Part shown: positions 13,280 through 26,002 of the stretch, piece by piece
How the letters are laid out: each line of letters opens with the position of its first letter
How positions within the stretch are numbered: the first letter of the stretch is position 1
Assembly: GCF_020745735.1 (NCBI RefSeq)
Contig: NC_083426.1
Coordinates: 41,974,001 to 42,038,000, forward strand
Origin: Hemiscyllium ocellatum
Taxonomy: Eukaryota
Length of the DNA stretch: 64,000 bases
Reading direction: 5' to 3'
Position numbers and translations under genes: made by a program
The notes under the pieces: model-generated
Database searches by the model: none
The model's input: only the letters and a program-made list of their open reading frames with translations
What the model was told of the DNA's origin: nothing

Positions 13280-13740
13280 AAATAAAGGTAGTACAGCTTA
13301 ACCTGTGGTGAATGAACTGGACATCCCTAAGAGTCATCACTCAGTGAAGATGATGGCACTTATGCTGGTGGAATGGAGAAAGTCTTTGACCCTCTTCCTA
13401 CAAGTGACTGAGCTGGTGGCTTTCCTTGGACTAGGCCAGCATGATCTTGTTTCCTGGTCTCCATTGCTGGTCCTGGGGGATGAGGATATTCCACCTCTGT
13501 AGCACACCATCCAGCAGAACCTACATGTCCCAGCCTGCAAAGCAATGCTCTGGAAGTCTCTTGTCTGTCATGTCTGGAGGAAGAGACAAAACCATCCAGG
13601 GCAGCTTTGAACTGATCGAGCCTGACCACAAATTGTTATGGGGGCAGTATGTAGTGCTGTAATCAGATTGGGGGATACTGTGATGGTGGGGTAACGAGTT
13701 ATGAGGAGAATTTAGTAAGATGTGGTGAGAAAACCTGCTA
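13280..13740 (-). mobile_element. Possible Harbinger/PIF Myb-like ORF remnant
   Basis: SVTCRKRVKDF resembles the xQCRKRxND end of Myb/SANT-like Harbinger proteins. A related motif is at ~17700. Confidence 0.3.
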
Positions 13741-14424
13741 AACCTTGTAGCGAAAAGTCCTCCAAAAAAACCCCACACAACTCATAGCAAAAGAAATGGA
13801 AGGTTAACTCTACAGATTTCAAACTTCTGTGTCTTGGAATAATTTAGTGGTTATACCTAAAGTTCACGGTCTCCCTTTTAGACCATAGGAAAACCACAGC
13901 AACAGGAATAAGCCTCAAATCTGCTGTTCAATTCGATCATGGCTGTTGGTCACTTCACTATCTAACTACTCTTGCTCCTTATCTTTGATAATCTTACTTA
14001 ACAAGTTTTGAACTTTTCAACTGACCCCAGTCTTTGCAATATTGGGTTTCGGATTTCTGCTGCCCATTGTGTGAAGTGTTTCTGAAAATCACTAAAATAA
14101 AAACAAAATACTGTAGATCCTGGAGATTGGAATAAAAACAAATTGTTGGAAACAAAATGTAATGATATGGAGTCATTTCAAACTTGAAGCATTAATTTTA
14201 TTTTTCTCTCTCCACAGATGCTGCCAGACTTGCTGAGTTTCTCCAACACTTTCTGTTTTCTTCCAAAGAATTGCCCCTGAATGACTTAGTTTATTATTAA
14301 GGCTTGATTCTCCATAATGTTTGAAATGTTCTTTTTCATTCATGGTATTGATTGCCTTCCTTAATTGCCCTGGAGAAGATGGTGGTGACTTGCTTGCTTG
14401 AATGACTGTAGTTTTGGATTTCTC

Positions 14425-14550
14425 CTGGTGGAGGGCTTATGCCCGAAACATTGATTCTCCTGCTCCTTGAATGCTGCCTGACCTGCTGTGCTTTTCCAGC
14501 GCTACACTTTTTGACTCTGATCTCTATTATCTGCAATCCTCATTTTCTCC
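14425..14550 (+). mobile_element. Penelope family-1 terminal fragment with full tail
   Basis: gggcttatgcccgaaacattgattctcc...gctgcctgacctgctgtgcttttccagc...ctctgatctc...cctcattttctcc. Confidence 0.8.
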
Positions 14551-14559
14551 CTGGAGTTT

Positions 14560-14810
14560 AGGCGTGCAGGTACACCAACTGTACTGTAAGGGATGGAGTT
14601 CCAGGATTATGATCCAGGAACAATGAAGGAACAATAATATCGTTCTAAGTCAGGGAGGTGCGTGGCTTGGCAGAAAGCTGCAGATTGTGGTGTTCCCATG
14701 CGTCTGCCACATTTGACATTCTCGATGGTAAAGACCATGGGTTTGGAAAGTGCTGGTGAAGGAACCTTGGCATCTTTGTAGATACTACACACTGGTGCCA
14801 CTGCAAGAAC
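14560..14810 (-). mobile_element. Old LINE 3' fragment (same family as 35580-36100)
   Basis: Reverse complement matches the 35730-35880 segment (ccttc.aaaccc...accatc.agaa.gacaag..cag.agatgcatggga). Confidence 0.5.
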
Positions 14811-15339
14811 TCAATGTGAGTGGGGATGTGACCCATGCAAGCAACATTTAGGATGCCTTAGAGTCAGCATTGATTAACAAACGGAGGAAGTTTATCAGTT
14901 AGAAGAGGTTGGGGTATCGCAATTGGCCTCAGCAATTGCACTACAGTGAGGGAAAGAAAAAGAGAGGGTCCTTGCTTCTGACCATTATCCAAAGACTCCG
15001 CCTGAGCATGCATGGAAATTAATTAAGATCAACATCTGACAGGGGATGTAACACCTTCTGTGACTGAATGGGCTTTGCACCCTTATTTCCAAAACCTGCG
15101 AATGGAGAAGAGTGATTTGGGAGAGGTGGAGCTGTACCCCATGCCAAGCTCAACTAAAGAAATGAGGTAATGAAAAGAAAACCATTCTTTAAAAGAAACA
15201 AATGTATTTAAAACCTAACTTTAAAATCTGCAGCATTGTTGTTTTCTTTTCCTTTCTTTATTTCTTTGTGAAATATTCAAAGAATAATAACAAAAGATTA
15301 GAGCATGGAAGTTAAGAGGAGATGTGTTGGAAGGAAAAT

Positions 15340-15584
15340 ATCGAAGTCAGTTGGAAGAATGTTTGGATGAGGAGAGCTGCCTGTGATTGATGGATCTGTG
15401 ACACTGACGATGACTTGATTGCAGTTTATTTTGGGCTGGAAGACCTCTCATCCTCCTCCTCCTCCTCCTCTGTTCCCTTATTTAGTGCGTGTGGCATTAC
15501 TATGACAGGGACCTCCCTCTTGCTCAGGATAGAGCTGCTGTGATTCTGTTCACATCGCACTGATCTGTCAGGTTTCAGTCCACA
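15340..15584 (+). promoter_or_regulatory. Putative APOBEC2 proximal promoter / 5'UTR
   Basis: Unique sequence directly upstream of the ATG. It has an E-box CAGTTG (15348-15353), a (CCT)n tract near 15451-15470 and a CArG/TATA-like CCTTATTTAG (15476-15485). The muscle-promoter interpretation is inference. Confidence 0.4.
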
Positions 15585-15718
15585 ATGGCTGAAAAGGAGA
15601 CCGAAAAAAACAACAAAGTAGTTAAGAAAGAAGAAAATGCAGAGGGTGAAACTGGTGAAGAGGCTGCCACAGACAATTTGGAATTCCCTGAGCTGGGGCC
15701 TTTTGAAACAATTACAGG
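15585..15718 (+). CDS. APOBEC2: APOBEC2 coding exon 1 (acidic N-terminal region, MAEKETEKNNKVVKKEENAEGETGEEAATDNLEFPELGPFETITG)
   Basis: ATG at 15585 (cacaATGg) and an open frame of 44 codons plus 2 nt, ending GG|GTGAGC at a donor (GT 15719-15720). The end, EFPELGPFETITG, matches the recalled human exon-1 end IELPPFEIVTG. Phase 2 joins exon 2 exactly. Not in the ORF track because it is short. Confidence 0.9.
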
Positions 15719-17027
15719 GTGAGCATCAAACCTTTTTCTATCTAAAAATGCTACTTCAGGAAAGTAGAGCAAGGTAGATATTTGTCTAATTATTGTTAAA
15801 CTTTTTTTTTAACTCTGAAAAGAATGAACTATTTACCATGCTGATGTACGATACAGAACAAACTTACATCATTGACCAAGATGTGACAGATAAGGTTTAA
15901 TTTTGACAAGCATGGTAAGAAATATGTTTGTCAGAAAAAAAGTGATTCATTGAATGTCAACTATAGTGTGGGTTACAAACATTGGCATGCATTGTATTTC
16001 AGTAATATTAGTCAATGTTATTTGCATGCTACTTCAGTGCTGGATTAATATGGCAGTGTGTTGGAATTTCAAAACCAATATTACAAGGACAGTTTCGGAT
16101 TGGTTTCATTAATGCACTTACCTGGTATTGAGTCTTACCTGCTAGGAGTTCATATTGAGAAATTACAGGAACATTGCTGAGTAATTTGCCAGTCCATGAT
16201 GAGTGAGTAACCCAGAGTGTTCTGGCAAAAATGAACATGTGTGTTTGTACATATTATGCAGAGTATACAATTATGAATGTATATCCTACAAAGCAACAAA
16301 TTCAATCTTAGTCATTTTGAGATGCAATAAGATACTATATAGATGCAGAAATTCTTCTTTATACACTGTATACTGTACAACCTGCATGAAGTATATGTAT
16401 CTAAAAGTTTATCTGAAGGCTAGTACTCTTAATTGTATGTGATAGGCATCAACTGCAGATTTACGTATGTTCTTATTAATACAAACGAAACAAAACTATG
16501 CTTTATTGGATGAGGGGGTGTCTGTTCATAATTTATTTCTCTGTTAATAAATACTCATCAACGTGTCTGAAGGCTAGATCCAGGTCTATCCTTCTGTACT
16601 AGGATTTTGGGAGTAGAACACCCATGTCTAATACACTGGATGTTTGACTAGATTCATATACAATAGTGGAATTTCATTGATCCCAGGCTTGCTTGAATGA
16701 AAATCGCACCAGATAATCATCACTATTACTGAGTAGCTCATTCACTGACCTACAATCTCAGAGCGAGTCTCCCCATTTAGTTCATGTGTCTGTATATTCA
16801 GACATTTAAATGGTCTACTCATACAAAGAATGTCTAGTTCTAGTCTATACAGTCATTCTACCAATGATATTTCTCAGGGTTATTATCTTCTTTAAATCTG
16901 CTGGAGAACCTGACATAGTAGTGGAGGTACAGGTACCTTGTCTACTTACAAGCTGTAGTTAGTTAGGTGTGCAGCATTCACCTGAAGGAACTGTGAATTT
17001 ACAGGCTGTAGTGTATGTATTAAAAAT

Positions 17028-17255
17028 GATGTGGAGGAGCCAGTGTTGGATGGGGTGGACAAAGTTAAAGATCACACAACACCAGGTTATTGTCCAACAG
17101 GTTTATTTGGTTGCCCTAGCTTTCAGAGCGCTGCTCTTTCATCAGGTAGCTGTGATGAAGGTAACAGTTATCTGATGAAGGAGCAGCACTATGAAAGCTA
17201 GTGCTTCTGAATAAATCTGTTGAACTACAACCTGGTGTTGTGTGATCTTTAACTA
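17028..17255. mobile_element. Penelope family-2 fold-back element with hammerhead motifs
   Basis: Inverted arms (aaagatcacacaacaccaggtt...ctttcatcag / ctgatgaag...acctggtgttgtgtgatcttt). Only the left arm has the ~40-nt tail. Confidence 0.8.
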
Positions 17256-17399
17256 TGTATTAATAGGCAGTGTCCCACCTAGAAACACTTGGGACTAAAT
17301 TGTACGTTTGGCTAAGTGTCATTTTCAGGAGGGTTTCTCTCTGTGAGGTTGAGTGAATTTCCTCACTGCATCTTCCCAAACTTGTTTAATTAATTACTA

Positions 17400-18650
17400 A
17401 CCCAGCCCACTCCTCTTGTCTGACTCTGGCCCCATGTTACTACTTGCCATCGCTGGGGTATCCCAAAGTGGACTGGCATCCCTGACACTGATGCCATCTT
17501 TAAAAGGCCATTGTAAATATGCTCAGTGCACAGCTGCCCTGCACAGTTCCTGACATTTGCCCCAGACATGAGTGTAAAGGGAAAATTAGTACCCCTGTTT
17601 ATGTGCAGGTCTGGAGATCCAGGTGGATGGACTGGTGCAGAGGACCAGCAGTGGATGCTATGACACTCAACCAGGTCAGTGTAGCCTCAGCCATCTGGAG
17701 GAATCCACATCAATGTAGGAAGAAGGTCAATGACTTCCACCTCTGCCACCAGCACTGACCCATCTTATCTCCGATACCTTGCATCACTCGACTTCTGCAG
17801 CTGGACCCGCCTCCCACCAAGGGTCATACTCTAGAACTCTCACTATTACCCTGCAACATTTTCCCTCACTCACTCTCATCCTCCTCAATGCCCAATATCA
17901 CTAACCCTTCATCCCCTGTGCGCTGCCTACTCATTCAATCAGGACAGCAACCCACCTGCACCAACTGTAGGAGCTGGGACAGTCACTTTCATTACTGTTA
18001 ATATCTGCCTCTCTTTCTGGAAGAAAAATAACCTGCAATAGAGCCAAAAAAGATAATGAGCTGCCTAGCAATTTGCTCTTCTCTGACTCTGACTGTCCTG
18101 ATTGACTGACTAACTACATCCCAGCCCCTGGATTGTATGGGAGGCTGTCCTTGACTAACTGTACCTCCCCACTGAAGGCTATCTCCCTTGACATGACTGA
18201 CAACCATGGCAAGCCTCCTGGCTTTGTGTCTGTGTTAAACAACAAAGCAATATGACAGTGCTATGAGCCTGGTATCTCTGCCTGAAGGGGCAAAGAGGAA
18301 AAAGCGATGCAAGGCAGGAGAGCTGTGAGTATGCAGGTATGCACAAAGAGGGTGAGCCTGTAAAGAGCACAGGCCATGGGTGCAGCCCTCTCCGTCCATG
18401 AGCATGCAGTGTCCTTACTGTAGCACTGCAATGAGAGTTGCTGATGCAGTCTGAGGTGCAGTACTAAATTGAAGAGGCGTCCTGTAAGTGGCTTGGAGAT
18501 ATGCCACAAGAGTTCCCAGAGACTGGCACATGTCAGATGCAAATATAAGTGGACATGGGGTTGCTGTGCCTGATGCCTATTGAGTGCATCCAGAGAAGAT
18601 GGTGTCTAACATTTGAGACTGTTTGGAACAAACAGAAAGCTTGTGCCCAG
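17400..18650. mobile_element. Possible decayed Harbinger-like DNA transposon
   Basis: VASAIWRNPHQCRKKVNDF Myb-like motif (ORF 17519-17758). No intact transposase or TIRs seen. Confidence 0.3.
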
Positions 18651-18819
18651 CTGCAACTTGCCTAGCAAGAATTCTCAATGCCCAGTTTGATCATGGCAGG
18701 TGATACTCTAGAAAGCTACTTACTACTGAGGTGAGATCGGAAGTTAATTAGTTCATTAACAACCAATAAGCAACTTACTGCTCCAGACGAGACTCTCATC
18801 TTTACACCTAGAACTTAGT

Positions 18820-18935
18820 TAAGGAGCAGCGCTCAGAAAGCTTGTGATTTCAAATAAACCTGTTGGACTATAACCTGGTGTTGTGTGATTTTTTAACTTT
18901 GCCCACCCCAGTCCAACACAGGCACCTCCACATCT
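18820..18935 (+). mobile_element. Penelope family-2 single arm with tail
   Basis: aaggagcagcgctcagaaagcttgtg...aaataaacctgttggactataacctggtg...ccccagtccaacacaggcacctccacat, flanked by cttagt on both sides. Confidence 0.8.
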
Positions 18936-19899
18936 TAGTCAATAGGTGCAACAAACTGTTCCCAAAATCGAGTAGGCTTTGCTGAACTTGTCATCTGATT
19001 CAGCCACCACAGCCCAGGCTGTTTGGGTTCTTCAATAAGATTCCATCATTAAAGAAATTGAGCCCTGTTAAAAAATATGTTATGTCATTGTTCATAATAA
19101 ATATGATGGTTGCTGCTGTATTGTGGAAATCCTGATTAACTGGTGAGTTTAGAAGAGTGAGCAACTGGTGACAAAGGAGTTGATTTATAATGACTTTTCT
19201 AACGCACATGTGAACAGTCTGCCTAAAATAAAAGAAAATAATTTGAAATTAATTAAAATAAACTAAATATATGCCAGTGGGAATTTAGATTTAAAGTTCA
19301 GACTCACACTAAAGATAGTGGACAGCTTAACACTTTCTAATCAACTCATTCAAAGATGTTATTACACACCATTGGAATCTAGGCCTCCTGGGTCAGAGGT
19401 GGAGACACTACCTCTTCACCACAAGGGCCTCAGGTTTCAGTCTTTTAACGCTAAGACTCAACATTGGCCCCAGCTCTTGGCCTCACTGTGAAATGTGAAT
19501 CCCTTGAATTAAGTATTGCTGCAATGGAAAAACCGACTGCACTCCTACCTATTGTGTAGCCGTGTGTTTCTCCAGTTCTGAAAAGGGTCACTGGACTCAA
19601 AATCGCAATGCTGTTTTCTCTCCCAGACCTGCTGAGTTGCTCCAACAATTTCTGTTTTTGTTTATTTCTCCTATCTTTGTGGGTCTGTTTTGTGAAACCT
19701 GATGATCCTTTTCCCCATTTGGTGCGGCAAAGAAACAAAAGTGGACTGCTGACCTCTAATTATTAAAATTACCTTCATGAAGAAAGCAGATGATGTGGAG
19801 GTTAAACTGAAGGGGTGAAGGTAGTCATCGGTAGAATAGTAATAGAGTTTAGTAGTAAACAAACAATCTTACTAAACTTTGAGTCACTTGGTCGAGATA

Positions 19900-21000
19900 A
19901 AATGAACCTGTTGCTAAAATAAGCAAAAGTATAAATAGCAGAGGCACTGGCCACAAGTTTTCAATTCTTATTGGATTCGAGAATAGTGTGGAGGAGTGGA
20001 GGATTATTAATGTTATAGCACTAGTCAAGAAGGTGGAGGCAAATACACTGAGAAACCATAGGCTGGGCAGTCTAAAATTATGGAGAGGTTATTGGAAACC
20101 ATTAATATATTCAGGGAAGCTCATGGTATAAGCAGAAAATGAGGAAATGAATGCAGTCTTAAGTTAGGTACAGGAAGTATAGAATGGTGGTGGATGAATG
20201 TTTTTCACACTCATGATGCTCCTCAAGTGTCAGCTTTGTCTCTATTACATGTCCCAAATTTGACAAACTAGATTCACGTCTAGGTAGCAGCATTGTGAGG
20301 TTTGTGAATAGCACAAACCCTGGAAAAATAGTGGATAGTGATGAAAATAATTTGTGGACTTCGTAATGACAAATGTATGATGGTGAAATGGGCAGAAGCT
20401 AAGTGTGTGTAGATCAATGCAAAGAGATGTGAAATGACACACTTTGCAAGATCTATTATTGAAAACAGTGTGCTGCTTATTACATGGTTTGGAAAGTTTA
20501 AATGAGCAGAGAGACCTTCATGTTTATAAACAGAAGTTGTTAAAGGTGCAAGGCAAATTGATTAAACCAAAGCAGTTGAGTTAGAACAAAAATGCAAAGA
20601 ATCCATGCTCGAAACTTATAAAACACTGGAATATTCTGGACAATTTGGGGGAGTACACTTCAGGAAATATGTAAAGGTCTAAGAAAGGATGCGTAGGAAA
20701 TTCACCAAGAGGTTATGAGGGAGAGGAACTTCATCATGACATGAGGTTGGAAATTGTTCTCTTTTGAAACAAAGGCTAGAGTGGACCTGATCGAGTTAAT
20801 TAATATTAGATAGAGAAAAATCACTAGTCGTCATATTTTCAAAATCAGTGACAAAAACAATTCAGAAGAGAGATGAGAGAAATTGTTTGGAATTTGGAAG
20901 ACTTTACCCAAAGATATGATGGAAGCTGATGTCATAAATAATTATATAAAGGTGTTTAAACAAGTACTTACAAACGAGGAATTTACAGGGTTAAAAAATG
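19900..21000 (+). mobile_element. Old degenerate CR1 remnant
   Basis: Scattered CR1 ORF2-like nucleotide blocks (ggagga..ggagg..gc.aatg, aaacttataaaacactgg, aaattcaccaaga). No ORF. Confidence 0.5.
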
Positions 21001-21092
21001 GAGGGATGAGGTGGGATGAAGCAATTTAATTTTCTTGATGAATCAACAGAGAAATAATGGGCTTGCTGGTTTCTTTCTGAGTTGTGGAGGTG

Positions 21093-21181
21093 AAAATGTG
21101 TTGCTGGAAAAGCGCAGCAGGTCAGGCAGCATCCAAGGAGCAGGAGAGCGGACGTTTCGGGCATGAGCCCTTCTTCAGGAA
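21093..21181 (-). mobile_element. Penelope family-1 mini-element inserted into the tail of a family-2 element
   Basis: 15-bp TSD tgagttgtggaggtg (21078-21092 / 21182-21196). Hammerhead core at 21151-21178 (-). Confidence 0.85.
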
Positions 21182-21196
21182 TGAGTTGTGGAGGTG

Positions 21197-24148
21197 CCAG
21201 TGTTGGACCGTTAAAAATCACACAACGCCAGGCTATAGTCCAACATGTTTATGGATTGAAGTGTGTATACTTCAATGCCAGAAGTATAAGAAATAAGGTA
21301 GGTGAACTTGCAGCGTGGGTTGGTACCTGGGACTTCGATGTTGTGGCCATTACAGAGACGTGGGTAGAACAGGGACAAGAATGGCTGTTGCAGGTTCCAG
21401 GGTTTAAATGTTTTAGTAGGATCAGACATGGGGGTAAAAAAGGGGGAGGTGTGGCATTACTTGTCAAAGATAGTATTACAGCAGTGGAATGGACGATGGA
21501 AGAGGACTTGCCATCTGAGGTAGTTTGGGCTGAGGTTAGAAATAGGAAAGGTGAGGTCACCCTGTTAGGTGTTTTCTACAGGCCTCCTAATAGTCCTAGA
21601 GAAGTAGAGGATAATATTGCGAGGATGATTCAGGAAAAGAGTGAAGGTAGCAGGGTGGTTGTTATGGGGGACTTTAACTTCCCAGATATTGACTGGGAGA
21701 GCTATAGCTCGAGTTCATTAGATGGGTCGGTGTTTGTCCAATGTATGCAGGAGGGTTTCCTGACACAATATGTAGACAGGCCAACAAGAGGTGAGGCTAT
21801 ACTGGATTTGGTTCTAGGTAATGAACCAGGCCAGGTGTTAGACTTGGAGGTAGGTGAGCACTTTGGGGACAGTGACCACAACTCGGTGACTTTTACTTTA
21901 GTGATGGAGAGGGATAAGTGTGCGCCGCAGGGCAAGAGTTATAGCTGGGGGCAGGGAAATTATGATGCAGTGAGGCATGACTTAGGATGTGTGGATTGGA
22001 AAAACAGGCTTCAAGAGAAGAACACTAATGAGATGTGGGGATTGTTCAAGGAGCAGCTACTACGTGTCCTCGATAAGTATGTACCAGTCAGGCATGGTGT
22101 AAAGGACCTTGTGAGGCAGCCGTGGTTTAGTAAGGAATTGGAATCCCTTGTGAAAGGGAAGAAGGCGGCATATGTAAAGATGAGGCGTGAAGGTTCAGTT
22201 GGGGCGATAGAGAGTTATAAGGTAGCCAGGAGGGATCTAAAGAGAGAGCTAAGAGAAGCGAGAAGGGGACATGAAAAGTCTTTAGCTGGTAGGATTAGGG
22301 AAAATCCAAAGGCTTTCTATAGGTATGTCAGGAATAAAAGGATGACTAGGGTAGGTATCGGTCCAGTCAAGGATAGTAGTGGGAAGTTGTGTGTGGAGGT
22401 GGAGGAGATTGGAGAGACACTAAATCAATACTTTTCATCAGTATTCACTCAGGAACAGGACACTGTTGCTGATGTGAATATGGAGTCACAAATGATTAGA
22501 ATGGATGGCCTGGAAATATGCAGGGAAGAGGTTCTGGGAATATTGGAGAGGATGAAAATAGATAAGTCCCCTGGGCCTGATGGCATTTACCCTAGGATCC
22601 TATGGGAAGCTAGGGAGGAGATAGCAGAGCCATTGGCCTGGATTTTTATGTCGTCATTGTCAACGGGAATAGTACCAGAGGACTGGAGGATAGCGAATGT
22701 GGTCCCCTTGTTCAAGAAAGGGAGTAGGGATAGCCCTAGTAACTATAGGCCAGTGAGTCTGACTTCAGTGGTGGGCAAAGTCTTAGAGAGAATGGTAAGG
22801 GATAAGATTTATGAACATCTGGATAGGAATAACGTGATCAAGGATAGCCAGCATGGTTTTGTGAAGGGCAGGTTGTGCCTCACAAACCTTATTGAGTTCT
22901 TTGAGAAGGTGACTAAGGAAGTGGATGAGGGTAAAGCAGTAGATGTTGTGTATATGGATTTTAGTAAGGCGTTCGATAAGGTTCCCCATGGTAGGCTAAT
23001 GCTAAAACTACGGAGGTATGGCATTGAGGATACATTAGAGGTTTGGATTAGGAATTGGCTGGCTGGAAGGAGACAGAGGGTGGTAGTTGATGGACTATGT
23101 TCATCTTGGAGTGCAGTTACTAGCGGTGTACCACAAGGATCTGTTTTGGGACCATTGCTTTTTGTTATCTTTATAAATGATCTAGAGGAAGGGCTTGAAA
23201 GCTGGGTAAGCAAGTTTGCGGATGACACAAAAGTCGGTGGAGTTGTGAATAGTGAGGAAGGAAGTGGTAGGTTACAGCGGGATATAGATAAGTTGCAGAG
23301 CTGGGCAGAAATGTGGCAAATGGAATTCAATGTAGCTAAGTGTGAAGTCATTCACTTTGGTAGGAGTAACAAGAAGATGGATTACTGGGCTAATGGTAGG
23401 CTACTTGGTAGTGTGGATGAGCAGAGGGATCTTGGTGTCCATGTACACAGATCTCTGAAAGTTGCCACTCAGGTAAATAGTGCTGTGAGGAAGGCATATG
23501 GTGTACTGGGCTTTATTGGTAGAGGAATTGAGTTCCGGAGTCCTGAGGTCATGTTGCAACTGTATAAGACTCTGGTGCGGCCTCATCTGGAGTATTGTGT
23601 GCAGTTTTGGTCGCCATACTATAGGAAGGATGTGGAGGCATTGGAACGAGTGCAGAGGAGGTTTACCAGGATGTTGCCTGGAATGGTAGGAAAATCTTAT
23701 GAGGAAAGGCTGAGGCACTTGGGGCTGTTCTCATTGGAGAAGAGAAGGTTTAGGGGAGATTTGATAGAGGTGTATAAGATGATTAGGGGTTTAGATAGGG
23801 TCGACACTGAGAACCTTTTACCGCTAATGGAGTCAGGTGTTACTAGGGGACACAGCTTTTAATTAAGGGGTGGTAGGTATAGGACAGATGTTAGGGGTAG
23901 ATTCTTTACACAGCGGGTTGTGAGTTCATGGAATGCCCTGCCAGTAGCAGTGGTGAACTCTCCTTCTTTATGGTCATTTAAGCGGGCATTGGATAGGCAT
24001 TTGGAAGTTATTGGGCTAATGTAGGTTAGGTAGGATTCGGTCGGCGCAACATCGAGGGCCGAAGGGCCTGTACTGCGCTGTATCTTTCTATGTTCTATGT
24101 TCTATCTGGAAGCACTAGCTGTTCTTTCATCAGGAGACTCTGAAATCT
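21197..24148 (-). mobile_element. Penelope family-2 arm split in two by the CR1 (pieces ~21197-21252 and ~24106-24148)
   Basis: ...gtccaacatgtttat | CR1 | tggaagcactagct...ttcatcagg reconstitutes the family-2 arm seen at 17085-17150. Confidence 0.75.
21253..24105 (+). mobile_element. Young CR1 LINE with near-complete ORF2 (APE endonuclease + RT)
   Basis: One uninterrupted frame from YFNARSIRNK through ITETW, GDFNFPDI, SDH, KSPGPDG, KAFDKV, GVPQGSVLGPLLF and KFADD. There is a single TAA at 23860-23862 and the frame continues to TAG 24022-24024. (TTCTATG)n tail. Confidence 0.97.
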
Positions 24149-24221
24149 GTGTCAATATGTGTGATCTTCTTGGAGATCCTCTCCACTTTGAGCCGGCAGT
24201 TAGTGGTATCAATGGTAGCCA

Positions 24222-24412
24222 TGATGTGGAGGAGACGCTGTTGAACTGGGGTGTACAAAGTTAAAAATCACACAACACCAGATTATAGTCCAACAGTTTG
24301 TTTGGAAGGAGTGCTGCTCCTTCATCGCAGCTACCTGATGAAGGAGCAACACTCCAAAAGCTAGTGCTCCCAAATAAATCTTTTGGACTATAATTTGACG
24401 TTGTCTGATTTT
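24222..24412. mobile_element. Penelope family-2 fold-back element
   Basis: Inverted arms around 24325-24334. The plus-strand hammerhead core at 24335-24363 has G12>A. Tail on the left arm only. Confidence 0.8.
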
Positions 24413-25346
24413 GAATTTCTTTTTGTGTGATATAGTTTATGATTCTGTATTTCTCATGCTTCATTATTGATGGTGTTATATGAGGCTACTAGTCTGAAAA
24501 GATCAAATGAAGGCTGCCATTAAAGGGTATGTGCCTCCGAATTGGTCTTGTGTCTGAGAGAATAGCCAAGATGGAATCTTCCTTCAACACTGCCCTTCCT
24601 TCCTGCGTGAGGATTGGTGTGTCGACAGTGAAATGCTAATTCGCTGGTGTCTCGTCCTGCCAGCACAGCTGAGATAAGGAAAGTTAAAAATAAATGTGAA
24701 ATTCCATTGATTGAGATATAGTTGAAAAGCCACAGCAATGTGTCCCAGGCTTCACTGGAGAGCATGATATGTGATAGAGTAGAAATCTAAAACCCCAAGT
24801 AGAAACTCTGGTGTAAGGTTCAGATGGAGAATTGAATTGGTGGGCCCATTTTAAACACCTTGCTAATATGGTGACCTTACCATATCACCTGTACTGTGAC
24901 ATTAGAAGAATATTTCCAATCACAGAGTCCTATTTTATTGCTCATTATATCTATGAGAGAATGACCTTTAATTTTAAACTGATTTAATTACAATACAACA
25001 CAATGTGATCACTTTGATCACATTTTGTGAGACTATTTAATTGCATATAATAAAAAGCCTTATTTGATGGAGACCTTTTTATCAATTCTATAAAAAAAGT
25101 CTGAAGCGTTTCACAGATGATGAATTGCTTTGTACTACTCTGCTGTACAGAGGGATTTCTTTCTTGACAACTATCCTATACATAGCAGCATATTATTAAC
25201 AGTGACTAGATAATGGATAATTAATCAGTTTCAGAGTGATTCTGTTTGAGAAGTAATGCCTTGAAAAATGCCTTGAGGAAGCCATCAGTTGCAATGAACT
25301 AAATTACTTTTGATTCTGAGTCAGAGGCTTTAGGTTTAAAAGACTG

Positions 25347-25638
25347 ATAGATTAGATTCCTTACAGTATGGAACCAGGCCCTTTGGCTCAACAAGTCCAC
25401 ACCAACCCTCCGAAGAGTAACCCACCCAGACTCTTTCTCCTACCCTACACTGACCCCTGACTAATGCACCTATCACTGTGGGCAATTCAGCATGGCCAAT
25501 TCATCTGGCTTGCACATCTTTGGATTGTGGGAGGAAACCCACACAGACATGGGGAGAACGTGCAAACTCCACACAAACAGTCGCCTGAGGTGGGAATCGA
25601 ACCGGGGTCCTTGGCACTGTGAGCCACCGTGCCACCCC
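25347..25638 (-). mobile_element. HE1-like V-SINE
   Basis: Same head, V-domain and tail as 8006-8322. Confidence 0.85.
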
Positions 25639-25639
25639 A

Positions 25640-25940
25640 TAGTCTACTCTAGCTTTTCAGCATATAGTCTAGACAGGCACTCCAATGCAATAATAAAGGA
25701 GCGCTGCAATGTCCGAGGTGCCAGTCTTCAGATTCCAGCCTCAGGCAACTGTCTGTGTGGAGCTTGCACATTCTCCCTGCGTCTGTGTGGGTTTCTACCC
25801 ACAGTCCAAACATGTGCAGATTAGGTGGATTGGCCATGGAAATGCAAGGTTACAGTGATAGAGTGGGATAGTCTTTGGAGGGTCAATGTGGACTTGATGA
25901 GCTGACTAGCCTGCAAACACACTGTAAAGATTCTATGATC
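25640..25940 (+). mobile_element. Deu-SINE core fragment (~25640-25730) joined to a headless HE1-like SINE
   Basis: tagtctagacaggcactccaatgcaata...gcgctgcaatgtccgaggtgccagtcttcagat, then a V-domain and tail. Confidence 0.6.
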
Positions 25941-26002
25941 CCACAGGAGAAGAAACTGCGTGAGAATGTCACTTTTCTCCAAGTTGCTTTCTTAATTTAA
26001 AT

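Noticed and set aside
22783-23718. Long antisense ORFs (180, 152, 272 aa etc.) opposite CR1/PLE ORFs, also at 29667-30125 and 42391-43209
   Set aside because: They are shadow or shifted frames of retroelement coding sequence.
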